Assembly: GCA_964634945.1 (NCBI GenBank)
Contig: CAZWMG010000007.1
Span: 3,488 to 67,487 of the forward strand
DNA: 64,000 bases
Direction: 5' to 3'
From: an uncultured Planctomycetia bacterium
GTDB taxonomy: Bacteria; Omnitrophota; Gorgyraeia; JABMRG01
The position numbers and the translations under genes were made by a program. The first letter of the stretch is position 1; the number at the start of each line of letters is the position of its first letter. Under the pieces are notes generated by a model, which did not search any database, was not told the DNA's origin, and saw nothing but the letters and a program-made list of their open reading frames with translations. Positions 28,487-37,812 of the stretch are shown piece by piece.

Positions 28487-29801
28487 TAACTACCAACTGG
28501 CCAATGTATTTGTCAGGGCCATCGATTAACGTCCTGACATAAGTATCTGTGTAGCCTGTTAGCATACCCGTAACGCTGTCTCTTGCTGTCTCTATCAGAA
28601 CCCTCTGATCCTTATGACGCGACAATAGCTCAAACTCTTTTGCAAATTTATCAGTTAGCGACTTTAACCTCATGTGTCTACTGCTTTTTTCCTGAAATGA
28701 AACCGTATCACTCATCTCAAAGGCTCTTGTACCTTTGCGTGGGCTGTATGTAAATATGTGAACCCTCGATGGCTTAACGCGCTTTATTGTTTTTACTGTA
28801 TTATCAAAGTTCCTATCTGACTCCCCCGGAAAACCGACTATAACATCGGTAGTGATCGCTACCTCAGGAATCTTTGACCTGATAAGCTCTACCTTGTTTA
28901 TAAACTCACCCGCTGTATACCTTCGGTTCATTTTCATCAATATATCGTCATCGCCACTTTGTAGGGGTAGATGAAAATGATTACAAATTTTTTTTGATCT
29001 TCGCATTTCACCGATTAAATCTTCGGTAATATCCAGAAGTTCTATAGAACTTAAACGGATTCTGAAATCCCCATCTAAACGAGCTAATTCCCTGACAAGA
29101 TACACGAGCGTAACCTCATTTTTTAAATCCTTACCAAAATCTCCAAGGCATATCCCTGTTAATACCAATTCCCTGTAATTATTATAGATCAGAGCGCTTG
29201 CCTCTCTCAATATCTCATCTAAGGGCCTGCTCTTTGACCGCCCTCTTACATATGGTACTTTGCAATACGAGCAGAAATTATTACAACCATCTTGGGCCTT
29301 AATAAACGCCTTTGTCTGACCCTTAAAATGGGAAATTCCTTGATCCATACTCTGTTGTGCATATTGCGTATTGCTTGTCCCGAGCAGCCTGTGGTGAGAC
29401 TGTCGAGCCAAAGTCGAGGGGCGTTTTTCGTCATTGCAAATATCATGAATCCACGCGCGGCAATCTCTATCTTTTAATATCTCCCCTACATCCTGTTTGT
29501 CTCTGTTATTAAGAACCCTGATCCTGGAATCGATAGCCTTAATAGTATCAGAGTCTTTTTCAGCATAACATCCTGCCGCTATAATCTCTGCCTTAGGATT
29601 CTCTTTCATAAAGCGGCGCAATATTTCACGGGACCCTTTATCCGCCTTGGCAGTTACAGTACAGGTGTTGACAATACAGAGATCCGCTTTTTCGCTATCC
29701 GCTGCCTCTTTATAGCCAGCAAATGTCAATCTCTCCCGTATTATCTGGGCCTCATATTGGTTGACCTTGCAACCTAGTGTCTTTATCTTAAATGTAATCA
29801 T
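28473..29801 (-). CDS. mtaB: tRNA t6A37 methylthiotransferase MtaB
   Basis: TLGCKVNQYE, NTCTVT, QDGCNNFCSYCKVPYVRG, HLPLQSG, VGFPGE, HIFTYSPRKGT. Confidence 0.92.
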   Translation of the reverse strand: MITFKIKTLGCKVNQYEAQIIRERLTFAGYKEAADSEKADLCIVNTCTVTAKADKGSREILRRFMKENPKAEIIAAGCYAEKDSDTIKAIDSRIRVLNNRDKQDVGEILKDRDCRAWIHDICNDEKRPSTLARQSHHRLLGTSNTQYAQQSMDQGISHFKGQTKAFIKAQDGCNNFCSYCKVPYVRGRSKSRPLDEILREASALIYNNYRELVLTGICLGDFGKDLKNEVTLVYLVRELARLDGDFRIRLSSIELLDITEDLIGEMRRSKKICNHFHLPLQSGDDDILMKMNRRYTAGEFINKVELIRSKIPEVAITTDVIVGFPGESDRNFDNTVKTIKRVKPSRVHIFTYSPRKGTRAFEMSDTVSFQEKSSRHMRLKSLTDKFAKEFELLSRHKDQRVLIETARDSVTGMLTGYTDTYVRTLIDGPDKYIGQLVVKTGS

Positions 29802-29804
29802 TTA

Positions 29805-31211
29805 CTATTTTTGTTCTGCGGATTTTACCTCCGCATTAACAACTGATTTATCCGGAAAAAATAATACCGCAAGATAAAAAACTATCAAATTGCCCAGCAC
29901 TCCAATGATTAAGCCATCGATCCCATATGGATTTTTAAATAAGACCTTCCAGATCAATACCCCTAATACTCCGCCCAATCCGCCTGCTACAAAATGTCGT
30001 GTGGAGACCTTAACACCTATGATAGCTGACACAAGAGGCACAAGAATTATAGGCGCCCAGAAATTATAGGAATAGATTAATATATCAAGCACACTCTGTA
30101 TGGACAAGGCGAAAATAATAGCTAAGACTCCAAGCAATACATTCATACATTGAGCAATAAATAGATCCTTGCGCTTATCCGCAGGCAATAATTTTAATGG
30201 GCGTAATACATCGTTAATTGACGAGACTGACGCCGCGTTTAAAAAGGAATCCGCTGAAGACATCACGATGGCAATCACAGCGGCAATAACCAAACCGCGC
30301 AGGCCGATCGGGAGTATCTCCTTTATCACATATGGCATAGCCAAATTCGGATCTATAGAGGGATTAATTGAAAGCGCAACTAGGCCTATTACGCCGGTTA
30401 CAACAAAAAACGGTACAGAGAATATGGCGCTTGCCATGTTTCCTCTTATGGTATGGCCTACATTCTTTCCTAAAAAAAGCCTCTGCACATACGGGGGAGA
30501 GAGCGTTTCTCCCAGCAAAAATGTGAGAAACAGCGAGATAAGCATTAACCAGTTAAAATAATCACCCGGTATAGTAAAATGCCCCGCAGGTAAGAGGCTT
30601 ACCATATTATTCAAGCCCCCGGCATGTACAATCCCTAAGATTAAGGTTAAAGGCAGGCCTATCGCTAAAATGACAAACTGCAAAACATCTGTGGCAACTA
30701 CTCCCCCCATACCACCGACTGTATTGTAGATAATAACAATACCAATTCCAATAAACATGCCCCATGACTTAGGGATGCCGAGGAGTATATTAAAAATATT
30801 ACCCGTAGCCCCTACCTGGGCGCCTAAGATACCCGCGCAAAATATAAATGTAAATATCCCTGTAAAAACCTGGCCTATCTTGCCGTAATGGCACGCCATA
30901 ATATCCCCAACAGAGATCGCGTGGCTATAGCGCTCCATACGCGGAGCAACAAAACGAGCCACTAAAAATTGCTGGAGACTAAAACCCCAAAGTACCACAA
31001 TATTAAGAATGCCAAAACGAAATACCTTTTCGGCATTACCCATAGAAAAGCCTCCACCAATAAAAGATGCTGATAGCGTCGCAAAGATAACCCATGAAGT
31101 ATAACCGCGCCCTGCAACAGCATAAGTTCTAAGGTCTTTAACCTTTTTGCCCTGCCAAAGTCCGATAGCCAAAACTAATGCAAGGTAGCAAGCTACAATA
31201 AATATATCCAA
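29805..31211 (-). CDS. sodium:solute symporter family protein
   Basis: Multiple TMs; YAVAGR, GGMGGVVATDVLQF, AIVMSSADSFL. Confidence 0.9.
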   Translation of the reverse strand: MDIFIVACYLALVLAIGLWQGKKVKDLRTYAVAGRGYTSWVIFATLSASFIGGGFSMGNAEKVFRFGILNIVVLWGFSLQQFLVARFVAPRMERYSHAISVGDIMACHYGKIGQVFTGIFTFIFCAGILGAQVGATGNIFNILLGIPKSWGMFIGIGIVIIYNTVGGMGGVVATDVLQFVILAIGLPLTLILGIVHAGGLNNMVSLLPAGHFTIPGDYFNWLMLISLFLTFLLGETLSPPYVQRLFLGKNVGHTIRGNMASAIFSVPFFVVTGVIGLVALSINPSIDPNLAMPYVIKEILPIGLRGLVIAAVIAIVMSSADSFLNAASVSSINDVLRPLKLLPADKRKDLFIAQCMNVLLGVLAIIFALSIQSVLDILIYSYNFWAPIILVPLVSAIIGVKVSTRHFVAGGLGGVLGVLIWKVLFKNPYGIDGLIIGVLGNLIVFYLAVLFFPDKSVVNAEVKSAEQK

Positions 31212-31242
31212 ACCATTCCTCCCCTACTTAATTTTTGCACCC

Positions 31243-31277
31243 TTTGTAACCTTTAAAATGGCGCGCCTGACAGGATT
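31243..31277 (-). repeat. direct duplicate of the tRNA-Arg 3' end plus downstream flank (att-like)
   Basis: TTTGTAACCTTTAAAA-TGGCGCGCCTGACAGGATT recurs at about 31423-31458. Confidence 0.8.
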
Positions 31278-31439
31278 CGCCTCCTACGCTCGGCGGTGCC
31301 TCGCTGTCCTCCTTCGCTTAGTAGTTTCATATATAGCTACGGAGGATAAACTCCGGTCCGCCAATATCAATTTACTAATTGCTCAACAGCTACATTATTT
31401 AACTTTTGTAACGTTTGTAACGTTTGTAACCTTTAAAAA

Positions 31440-31516
31440 TGGCGCGCCTGACAGGATTTGAACCTGTGACACCCAGTTCCGGAAACTGGTGCTCTATCCA
31501 GCTGAGCTACAGGCGC
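31440..31516 (-). tRNA. tRNA-Arg(CCG)
   Basis: GCGCCTG/CAGGCGC acceptor stem, D arm GCTC/GAGC, anticodon arm CCAGT-TTCCGGA-ACTGG, T arm GGTTCAAATCC, encoded CCA. Confidence 0.96.
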
Positions 31517-31626
31517 GCATAAATGCATTATAAAACTGACGAACTGTACTAAACGCTGCCCTATACCAGAATTTGCTTCCCGCCGTAGGCGGGCATACGC
31601 TACGGCATGGGGGGGGGTAGAGCTAC

Positions 31627-32043
31627 TTAATAGGGTTCCATATAGGTCTCTATAAAAACTCTTATATAATTTTGCATCTTTTCTTTTTGCTTAGAGTCAC
31701 TCTTTGCTATGTCAACTGCAAAGCGATATAATGTCTTTACATCGACTTTTATCCATTTTTTATTTCTAGCAAGAAAGACTAAGAGCGTCGTTACCGCTAC
31801 TCTTTTATTACCATTTTGAAATGGGTGATTTTTTATCATAAGATAAAATAAGATTGCAGCCTTATCGCTAATCTGAGAATATAATTCTGCTTTATCAAAT
31901 GTTTGAAAAGGAACGGCTAAACAGCTTTCTAAAATGTTAGGATAACGTGTGCTAAAATCCGGTATTGGTTCATCAAAACCTAATCTCTCCTGCGCAAGTG
32001 AGTAAGCTATATACTGAACCTCTGCTAATGAGAGCTTTTCCAC
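31627..32043 (-). CDS. Fic/Doc (death-on-curing) family toxin
   Basis: HPFQNGNKRVA motif; 138 aa; coupled to the upstream gene. Confidence 0.9.
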   Translation of the reverse strand: MEKLSLAEVQYIAYSLAQERLGFDEPIPDFSTRYPNILESCLAVPFQTFDKAELYSQISDKAAILFYLMIKNHPFQNGNKRVAVTTLLVFLARNKKWIKVDVKTLYRFAVDIAKSDSKQKEKMQNYIRVFIETYMEPY

Positions 32044-32300
32044 TATTCGTCACCTAGCAATTTGAGTGTCTCTCCGTATTCTTCTACGACTCTTCTTACT
32101 ATGCTGCGTATCTTGTCCTTGTCTTCAGCTTGAAGATTCTTGTTTATAATACCAATCAGGCCCTTTATGGGAATAGCGTAGTTCCTGCCTATTCTAATTG
32201 CCTTGATCTGACCGTTCTTAACCTTTTTATGCACTGCTTGGCGAGTCAATTGGAGAAGCTTCGCCGCCTCAGGTATTGACATATACTCTTTGTTTTTCAT
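32043..32300 (-). CDS. excisionase-like HTH protein, probable antitoxin (ATG at 32300; GTG alternative at 32309)
   Basis: YMSIPEAAKLLQLTRQAVHKKVKNGQIKAIRIGRNYAI HTH_17 pattern plus C-terminal amphipathic helix. Confidence 0.8.
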   Translation of the reverse strand: MKNKEYMSIPEAAKLLQLTRQAVHKKVKNGQIKAIRIGRNYAIPIKGLIGIINKNLQAEDKDKIRSIVRRVVEEYGETLKLLGDE

Positions 32301-32302
32301 AT

Positions 32303-32413
32303 GTTCCACCTTGTAAACTGAATAAATTACGTTTACTCTTGTAAACCATATTATTATAGTTTACACATGTAAACTCTCTATATAAATTTAGCATATTTTA
32401 AGTGATAAGTCAA
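32303..32413 (-). promoter_or_regulatory. promoter (TTGACT-17-TAAATT) with three GTTTAC-N4-GTAAAC operators
   Basis: Palindromes start at 32303 (degenerate), 32331 and 32359; -10 at 32385-32390, -35 at 32408-32413. Confidence 0.7.
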
Positions 32414-32573
32414 ACCAATTCTCTTGTTTTTTAGAAATTTGCATTGACTCATAAAAGGTCTTACTTATTCTAAAAGGAGCATAAACGGCAACGTAGAGTA
32501 TCCAGAAACTGGCGTTCCCTGCCTTGCCGGCAGGCGCTTGCTTCGGTACTCGGTAACAGGTTTTCAGTTATTG

Positions 32574-33296
32574 CTAATTTATGCTATGAATTAAAGAGAT
32601 TGCAAATATAGCTGCTGTATCGACCTTCAAGACTAATTCTCCTAAAGAGACTGTTTTAAAACCATACTCCTCTGCCAGCGCTATCTCTTCTTTACTAAAA
32701 TCACCTTCCGGGCCTATAAATACTGCTGTGCTATCCTGCTTTTTAGACAAGGCATCCTTAATATGTAAAGCTGATTCGCAGACATAGGGTATTAGCCTGT
32801 TCTTATAATCCAACTTCTCTATCAGTTTCATGACATCTTTAAAATCAGTTACACCGTGTATAGTTGGCAAAGTATCTCTGCCGCATTGTTTTGATGCCTC
32901 CAACGCAAGGCTCTTCCATCTCCTGTGCTTATTTAATCCTGAAACCTTATCAACCTTCACAATAGTATGACTTGTAACCATAGGCACAATATCTGTTACT
33001 CCGAGTTCAGTAGCCTTCTCTATTATATAGTCTATCTTGCTCTTCTTCGGCAAGGCGCAGGCCAATAGTATATTTGGCGTATCGATATGCCGGGATGATA
33101 CCTTTTCTATCTCCGCTTTTACGCCGGCTCCTATCTCTGTTATGCGCAGGGTGTAACTCTTTCCCGCTCCGTCAAGCCCGATAAACCTGTCTCCTGGTTT
33201 TAATCTTATTACATCCTTTATATGATGCGCCTCTTTACCGCTTATCATAATCTTACCGGCCTTTATAGCGGACTTATCAATATAAAATCTTCTCAT
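32574..33296 (-). CDS. rsmE: 16S rRNA m3U1498 methyltransferase
   Basis: HHIKDVIRL, EKATELGV, EASKQCGR, FIGPEGDFS, LGELVLKVDTA. Confidence 0.95.
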   Translation of the reverse strand: MRRFYIDKSAIKAGKIMISGKEAHHIKDVIRLKPGDRFIGLDGAGKSYTLRITEIGAGVKAEIEKVSSRHIDTPNILLACALPKKSKIDYIIEKATELGVTDIVPMVTSHTIVKVDKVSGLNKHRRWKSLALEASKQCGRDTLPTIHGVTDFKDVMKLIEKLDYKNRLIPYVCESALHIKDALSKKQDSTAVFIGPEGDFSKEEIALAEEYGFKTVSLGELVLKVDTAAIFAISLIHSIN

Positions 33297-33970
33297 ATCA
33301 CACCTGTATTTTTAATTAACGCGCTCACGATTACATGAACTCCCAAAAAAAACAGAATAGTGCCGCATATCCTCTGGAATATAATCAGGGCTCCTTGATG
33401 CCGCAGGAGTTTAAGCTTCGGAATAGCGCCCGCTGCCATAGCCAGTAAAGCAAGCGGCGAAATAGCTGTGCCAAGGGCGAACGCCGCGGCCATTAAAATG
33501 CCGTGAGTATAATGCGTAGAGACCATTGTTATATATGAAATAATCCCTATCAGCGGGACGCATGGCAGGATTCCTATCAATATGCCAAGACTTACAAGGC
33601 TTTTTGTATCATGCTGTATCAAGGATTGGTTTAATGCGCCACATACCTTAAACCTAGTATGTATACCAAAAAATATTAATACCCCTAAAAGAGATATAAA
33701 TACACCTGTTACTAGCCAAATAATATAGCCTGATACCCCAGAGTAGAACCTGCTAAATAATCCCGCCCCGGCAATGCCGGCGATAAACCCCAGAAAGAGA
33801 GTAACAAAAAACCTGCTCAATGAGAATATAAACCAACTCTTCAATCCCTGCATAGCTGAGTTCTTGGTACCGGCGATATAGCTTATAAGCACAGGCCCAC
33901 AGCTTGCTAAACAGGGCCCAGAGCCCATCAATAATCCTGTTATAAATAAACTCAGGCATATCCTTAACAT
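33293..33970 (-). CDS. TauE/SafE / DsbD_2-like membrane protein
   Basis: About 6 TMs; GPCLASCGP and GILPC Cys motifs; FALGT. Confidence 0.7.
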   Translation of the reverse strand: MLRICLSLFITGLLMGSGPCLASCGPVLISYIAGTKNSAMQGLKSWFIFSLSRFFVTLFLGFIAGIAGAGLFSRFYSGVSGYIIWLVTGVFISLLGVLIFFGIHTRFKVCGALNQSLIQHDTKSLVSLGILIGILPCVPLIGIISYITMVSTHYTHGILMAAAFALGTAISPLALLAMAAGAIPKLKLLRHQGALIIFQRICGTILFFLGVHVIVSALIKNTGVI

Positions 33971-33976
33971 TAATAT

Positions 33977-34019
33977 ATACTACTATGTAATTGACGCTTT
34001 GTCAAAAAGATAGTAAAAT
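33977..34019. promoter_or_regulatory. overlapping divergent sigma70 promoters
   Basis: Plus strand TTGACG(33991)-17-TAAAAT(34014); minus strand TTGACA(34005)-17-TAGTAT(33982). Confidence 0.7.
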
Positions 34020-34049
34020 TGAATTTAGGAATAAGGATTATCCGCTAAT

Positions 34050-36290
34050 ATGAAAAAAACTCCCCTTATAGCCGCTTTACTGGTAGGCATAAATGCGATA
34101 TTGAGCCAGGTAATAATCATAAGAGAACTGCTGGTAAATTTTTCCGGTAATGAGCTCTCCATGGGGATTATTATCGCTACGTGGCTTGTAGGAGCAGCGA
34201 TAGGCAGCCTTATACTAGGGCGCTATCTGATTGAAGGAATAAATAGGCCCGGGCGTGCTTTTTCCATAATACTTTTAGTAATATCGGCACTAATTCCCAT
34301 AAGTATATTTCTGGCAAGAATCGTAAGGTACATATACCGGATACCGATATACGAAACGGTCTCTCCGCTACAGATGCTTTTAGTCTGCTCAACTATACTT
34401 CTACCGCTATCCATCTTGCTGAGCTTCTGCTTCATCCTATCATGCAAAATGCTAAAAACCACTGGCTCAAGTAACAATACTTCCGGTATCGCCTACATGT
34501 TGGAGGCTCTTGGCGCGGCTGCGGCCGGCGCGGCCTTTACGTTCGTTCTTGCGCTGCACTTTAATCACTTTCAAATAGCGATAGGACTCTTCTTTATTAA
34601 TATATTATTCAGCATATTCATTTTCAACGGAAAAAAGATATATCTTTACCTATTACTTATTTTTACTCTGATCATTCTTTATGGGGGTGGCATAAGATGG
34701 CTGCAGGAAAAATCTGAAAGGCTCCAGTGGCATCCCTATAATATTGTATATAACGGGAGTTCTCCGTATGGCAATATAAGTGTAACAAAATCAGCAAATA
34801 CATTCAGCCTATATGAAAACGGCGCCTTGTTATTTACAACCCAGGATGAAGCATTCAATGAAAATTTCGCGCATCTTGTGATGCTCCAGCACGATAAACC
34901 AAAAAACGTGCTCCTTTTAGGCAATGGCGTAGGCGGCATATTAAGACAGATACTTAAACATGGCCCTGAATCTCTAATATACCTTCAACTGGATCCAGAG
35001 ATATTAAAAGTCAGTAAAAAATTCCTTCCTGCTCTAGAGAGAGATTCTCTTTTAGATCCGAGGCTTAAGATAGAATATGAAGACGCGGGCTTCTTCTTAA
35101 AGAGAACTGAAAAAAAATTTGACCTAATCGTTATAAATATGCCGGATCCTGTTACGCTTGGCATTAATCGGTTTTTCACAAAGGAGTTCTATGAAATAAT
35201 ACGCTCCCATCTAAATAAAAACGGCATCCTCGCTACGCGCATATCATCTAAGGAATCTATAATAAGCGATGAATTAGCGATATACAACACGTCTGTCTAC
35301 AAAACACTTAAAAGTGTCTTTCTCTACGTAGAATTTGTACCAGGCGAAAATCTTATCTTTATAGCGTCTGATAGCCCTGATATTACAGCAGATAGGCCCG
35401 AAATCTTAGCAAAGAGGTTCAAAGCAAGAAATATCAATACAAATTTTCTCACAGAATACCACATAAGAGACAGCTATTACCCTGATTCTGTTCATTATTT
35501 AGCAGGCAGACTGAAAGAAAAATATGACGAGGCAAGTATAAACACAGACTTTCATCCCACCTGCTTCTATTATGGCCTTATTCTCTGGAGCATTAAATTT
35601 CAGCCCTATCTCACTAGGCTCTCTTATTCTATTACGCAGATAAGTATCGCGGCTATAATCAGCCTTATACTTTTGACTTTCTTATATGGGTTCTTGGTAA
35701 TCAGATCCAAAAAAGAGGCTGCTGGCTATCTCGTACCTTTAGCGATAGCTGTAAATGGGGCGGCAGGCGTAACGCTTGAAATTGTAATATTACTCACTTT
35801 TCAAATAAACTATGGCTATGTATATAGCAAGGTTGGGTTTTTGATAGCGCTCTTTATGCTAGGATTGGCATTTGGAAGTTACATTATAAATCGCGGATTA
35901 GACAAATGCAAAGATCTATACAATCTACTTTGCAAAATAATACTGGCCTTCTTGCTCTATATAACATTTATACCTGTAACTATAAAACTTATAACACCTC
36001 TGCCCTTACAAGCTACTGAATATGTATTTTATCTTATGATGCTCGTGACCGGTGTTTTTATAGGGTGCCAATTCCCTGTCGCGGTAAGATTACTGCAAAA
36101 AAGATATTCCGCGGGCCACTGCACATCAATCGTATGGGGATCAGATATCCTGGGCGCGGCAATAGGTACTTTAGCATCAAGTCTTATAATCATCCCCATG
36201 ATAGGGATACTTGCTACCTGCTTTACAGTTGCCATACTATGCGGAATAATCCTTATTCTGCTTCTTTTTCACCAAAGACTTCAGCGCTGA
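34050..36290 (+). CDS. fused membrane (MFS-like) / spermidine synthase-like protein
   Basis: N- and C-terminal TM bundles around a SAM-binding fold (SPYGNISV, NVLLLGNGVGG, DAGFFL, FDLIVINMPDP, FFTKEFY). Confidence 0.85.
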   Translation: MKKTPLIAALLVGINAILSQVIIIRELLVNFSGNELSMGIIIATWLVGAAIGSLILGRYLIEGINRPGRAFSIILLVISALIPISIFLARIVRYIYRIPIYETVSPLQMLLVCSTILLPLSILLSFCFILSCKMLKTTGSSNNTSGIAYMLEALGAAAAGAAFTFVLALHFNHFQIAIGLFFINILFSIFIFNGKKIYLYLLLIFTLIILYGGGIRWLQEKSERLQWHPYNIVYNGSSPYGNISVTKSANTFSLYENGALLFTTQDEAFNENFAHLVMLQHDKPKNVLLLGNGVGGILRQILKHGPESLIYLQLDPEILKVSKKFLPALERDSLLDPRLKIEYEDAGFFLKRTEKKFDLIVINMPDPVTLGINRFFTKEFYEIIRSHLNKNGILATRISSKESIISDELAIYNTSVYKTLKSVFLYVEFVPGENLIFIASDSPDITADRPEILAKRFKARNINTNFLTEYHIRDSYYPDSVHYLAGRLKEKYDEASINTDFHPTCFYYGLILWSIKFQPYLTRLSYSITQISIAAIISLILLTFLYGFLVIRSKKEAAGYLVPLAIAVNGAAGVTLEIVILLTFQINYGYVYSKVGFLIALFMLGLAFGSYIINRGLDKCKDLYNLLCKIILAFLLYITFIPVTIKLITPLPLQATEYVFYLMMLVTGVFIGCQFPVAVRLLQKRYSAGHCTSIVWGSDILGAAIGTLASSLIIIPMIGILATCFTVAILCGIILILLLFHQRLQR

Positions 36291-37812
36291 ATATATATAT
36301 ATCACATGTCCTGTTTTTCCAGCTCTCTTTAGATATCCCCGCTTTGTGCATACATAGAGAGTTCATAAACTCTTCTCTATTCCAGCCTGTTTCAACAGCT
36401 ACTTGCGGAAGATATACGCCGCTTCTGAGTCCGCTTTTTACAAGTACGCCATGTTTGCCCATGATAATCTCTTCTGGATCATCTATCTTCTTAAGCGGCG
36501 AAAGAACGGATATCTCCAAATCGATCTCATCAAGCTCCCCGGGCGTTACGGGCGAGAACCGCGGATCCTTGGTAGATGCCTGTATTGCCATGTCGCTGAC
36601 TGTCTGGCATAACGGCCCTCTACCTACAATATTTCCGATGCATCCTCGTAATTGCCCTTCCTTATGCAACGTAACAAATGCGCCCATCTCCTTGTTTAAG
36701 GCCAGGCGATCTTCACTTATGACCAGCTTCTCCCCTTTATTGACATAGGTGTTAAGCGTCTCGCGCGCGATCTGAAGGAGGCGTTTCTTTTCTTCCGCGC
36801 TGAGTAATTCTTGCATATCATTCTCCATTTTCTCTTTTCCTGATTCCAGGCCACCATTTACTGATGATTTATAAATAATTGCTGAAGAATACCCCACGAC
36901 AGAGCTGGTGTCACCTGTTGCATCAGCTGATGTCGAGTATTTGAGTGTGCTAATTTTATTAGCTCCTAGCTTACGCGCAGCCATCATGGATCCGATTATA
37001 GCTGTACTGCCGCATGGCCTTTCTTTACCCGGCATATTGGAAAAGGTTAAAAACATCTCTTCAGGATTAAACCTCTCAAGTTTGGATAGAACAGCGGAAT
37101 CTATAATGCGCGCGTCCTTATCAGTATTATAATGAGACATATCGCTACTGGCAATAATAACTATATCGCGTCTTCCATCTATCACAGCGTAGAGCGCGTC
37201 ACGCAAGAGTACACACGTATCATAAGAGCTATTGCCCGTTAACATAAGAACTATCTTTGCCCCGGGTAATGCTTCCTGGACAAATGGTATCTGGGTCTCT
37301 GTTGAATTCTCATTTAAAAATGGCTGAATATAATAATTGATATCCTTATTATAGGAAAGTAACTTTTTAGTCAAAACTTTATCTATGTCCACCTTGCCAA
37401 GAGGAGTAAGATAATAATCCTTATCAAGCACAGCAACCCCCTCAAAGGAATGACGGTGGCTTGAGGCAACAATAATTGCCGTATTAAAACCCCTATCCTT
37501 AATGGCCCTAAAACCATAACCCGCGGTCTCTCCGGAATACTTAAAGCCCGCATGAGGCGATATAATAGCGATTATATCGCCGGTTATAGGGGGTGGCTTC
37601 GCATTATCAATAAAACCACATACCATCTTTTTCAAAACAGCGGGTTCTTTAGGATAAAAAGAACCTGCGATCGATGGGGCCTGTGCATCGTCTGCGAAAG
37701 CTGTCTGTAAAAACAGCATGCAGCAGATCATGTATAATAAACCGATTAGAAGGATATCTGGACGCCGCAAGCAATGGCAGTACTTTCTGTAAGAGGACTT
37801 ATAAGGATTCAT
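36253..37812 (-). CDS. AmmeMemoRadiSam protein B (MEMO1-like) + protein A (AMMECR1) fusion (probable ATG at 37812)
   Basis: AGSFYP, SPHAG, SSDMSHY, VVGY; C-domain GAFVTL, LRGCIG, DPRF, EISVLSP, LPQVA. Confidence 0.9.
   Translation of the reverse strand: MNPYKSSYRKYCHCLRRPDILLIGLLYMICCMLFLQTAFADDAQAPSIAGSFYPKEPAVLKKMVCGFIDNAKPPPITGDIIAIISPHAGFKYSGETAGYGFRAIKDRGFNTAIIVASSHRHSFEGVAVLDKDYYLTPLGKVDIDKVLTKKLLSYNKDINYYIQPFLNENSTETQIPFVQEALPGAKIVLMLTGNSSYDTCVLLRDALYAVIDGRRDIVIIASSDMSHYNTDKDARIIDSAVLSKLERFNPEEMFLTFSNMPGKERPCGSTAIIGSMMAARKLGANKISTLKYSTSADATGDTSSVVGYSSAIIYKSSVNGGLESGKEKMENDMQELLSAEEKKRLLQIARETLNTYVNKGEKLVISEDRLALNKEMGAFVTLHKEGQLRGCIGNIVGRGPLCQTVSDMAIQASTKDPRFSPVTPGELDEIDLEISVLSPLKKIDDPEEIIMGKHGVLVKSGLRSGVYLPQVAVETGWNREEFMNSLCMHKAGISKESWKNRTCDIYIFSAEVFGEKEAE

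Noticed and set aside
31258-31461. 67-aa plus-strand ORF
   Set aside because: Composed of the tRNA duplicate, hairpin and nonamer repeats
31243-32300. Prophage or integrative element at tRNA-Arg
   Set aside because: No integrase or phage genes; the duplicated ends enclose only about 150 bp and the TA pair lies outside them
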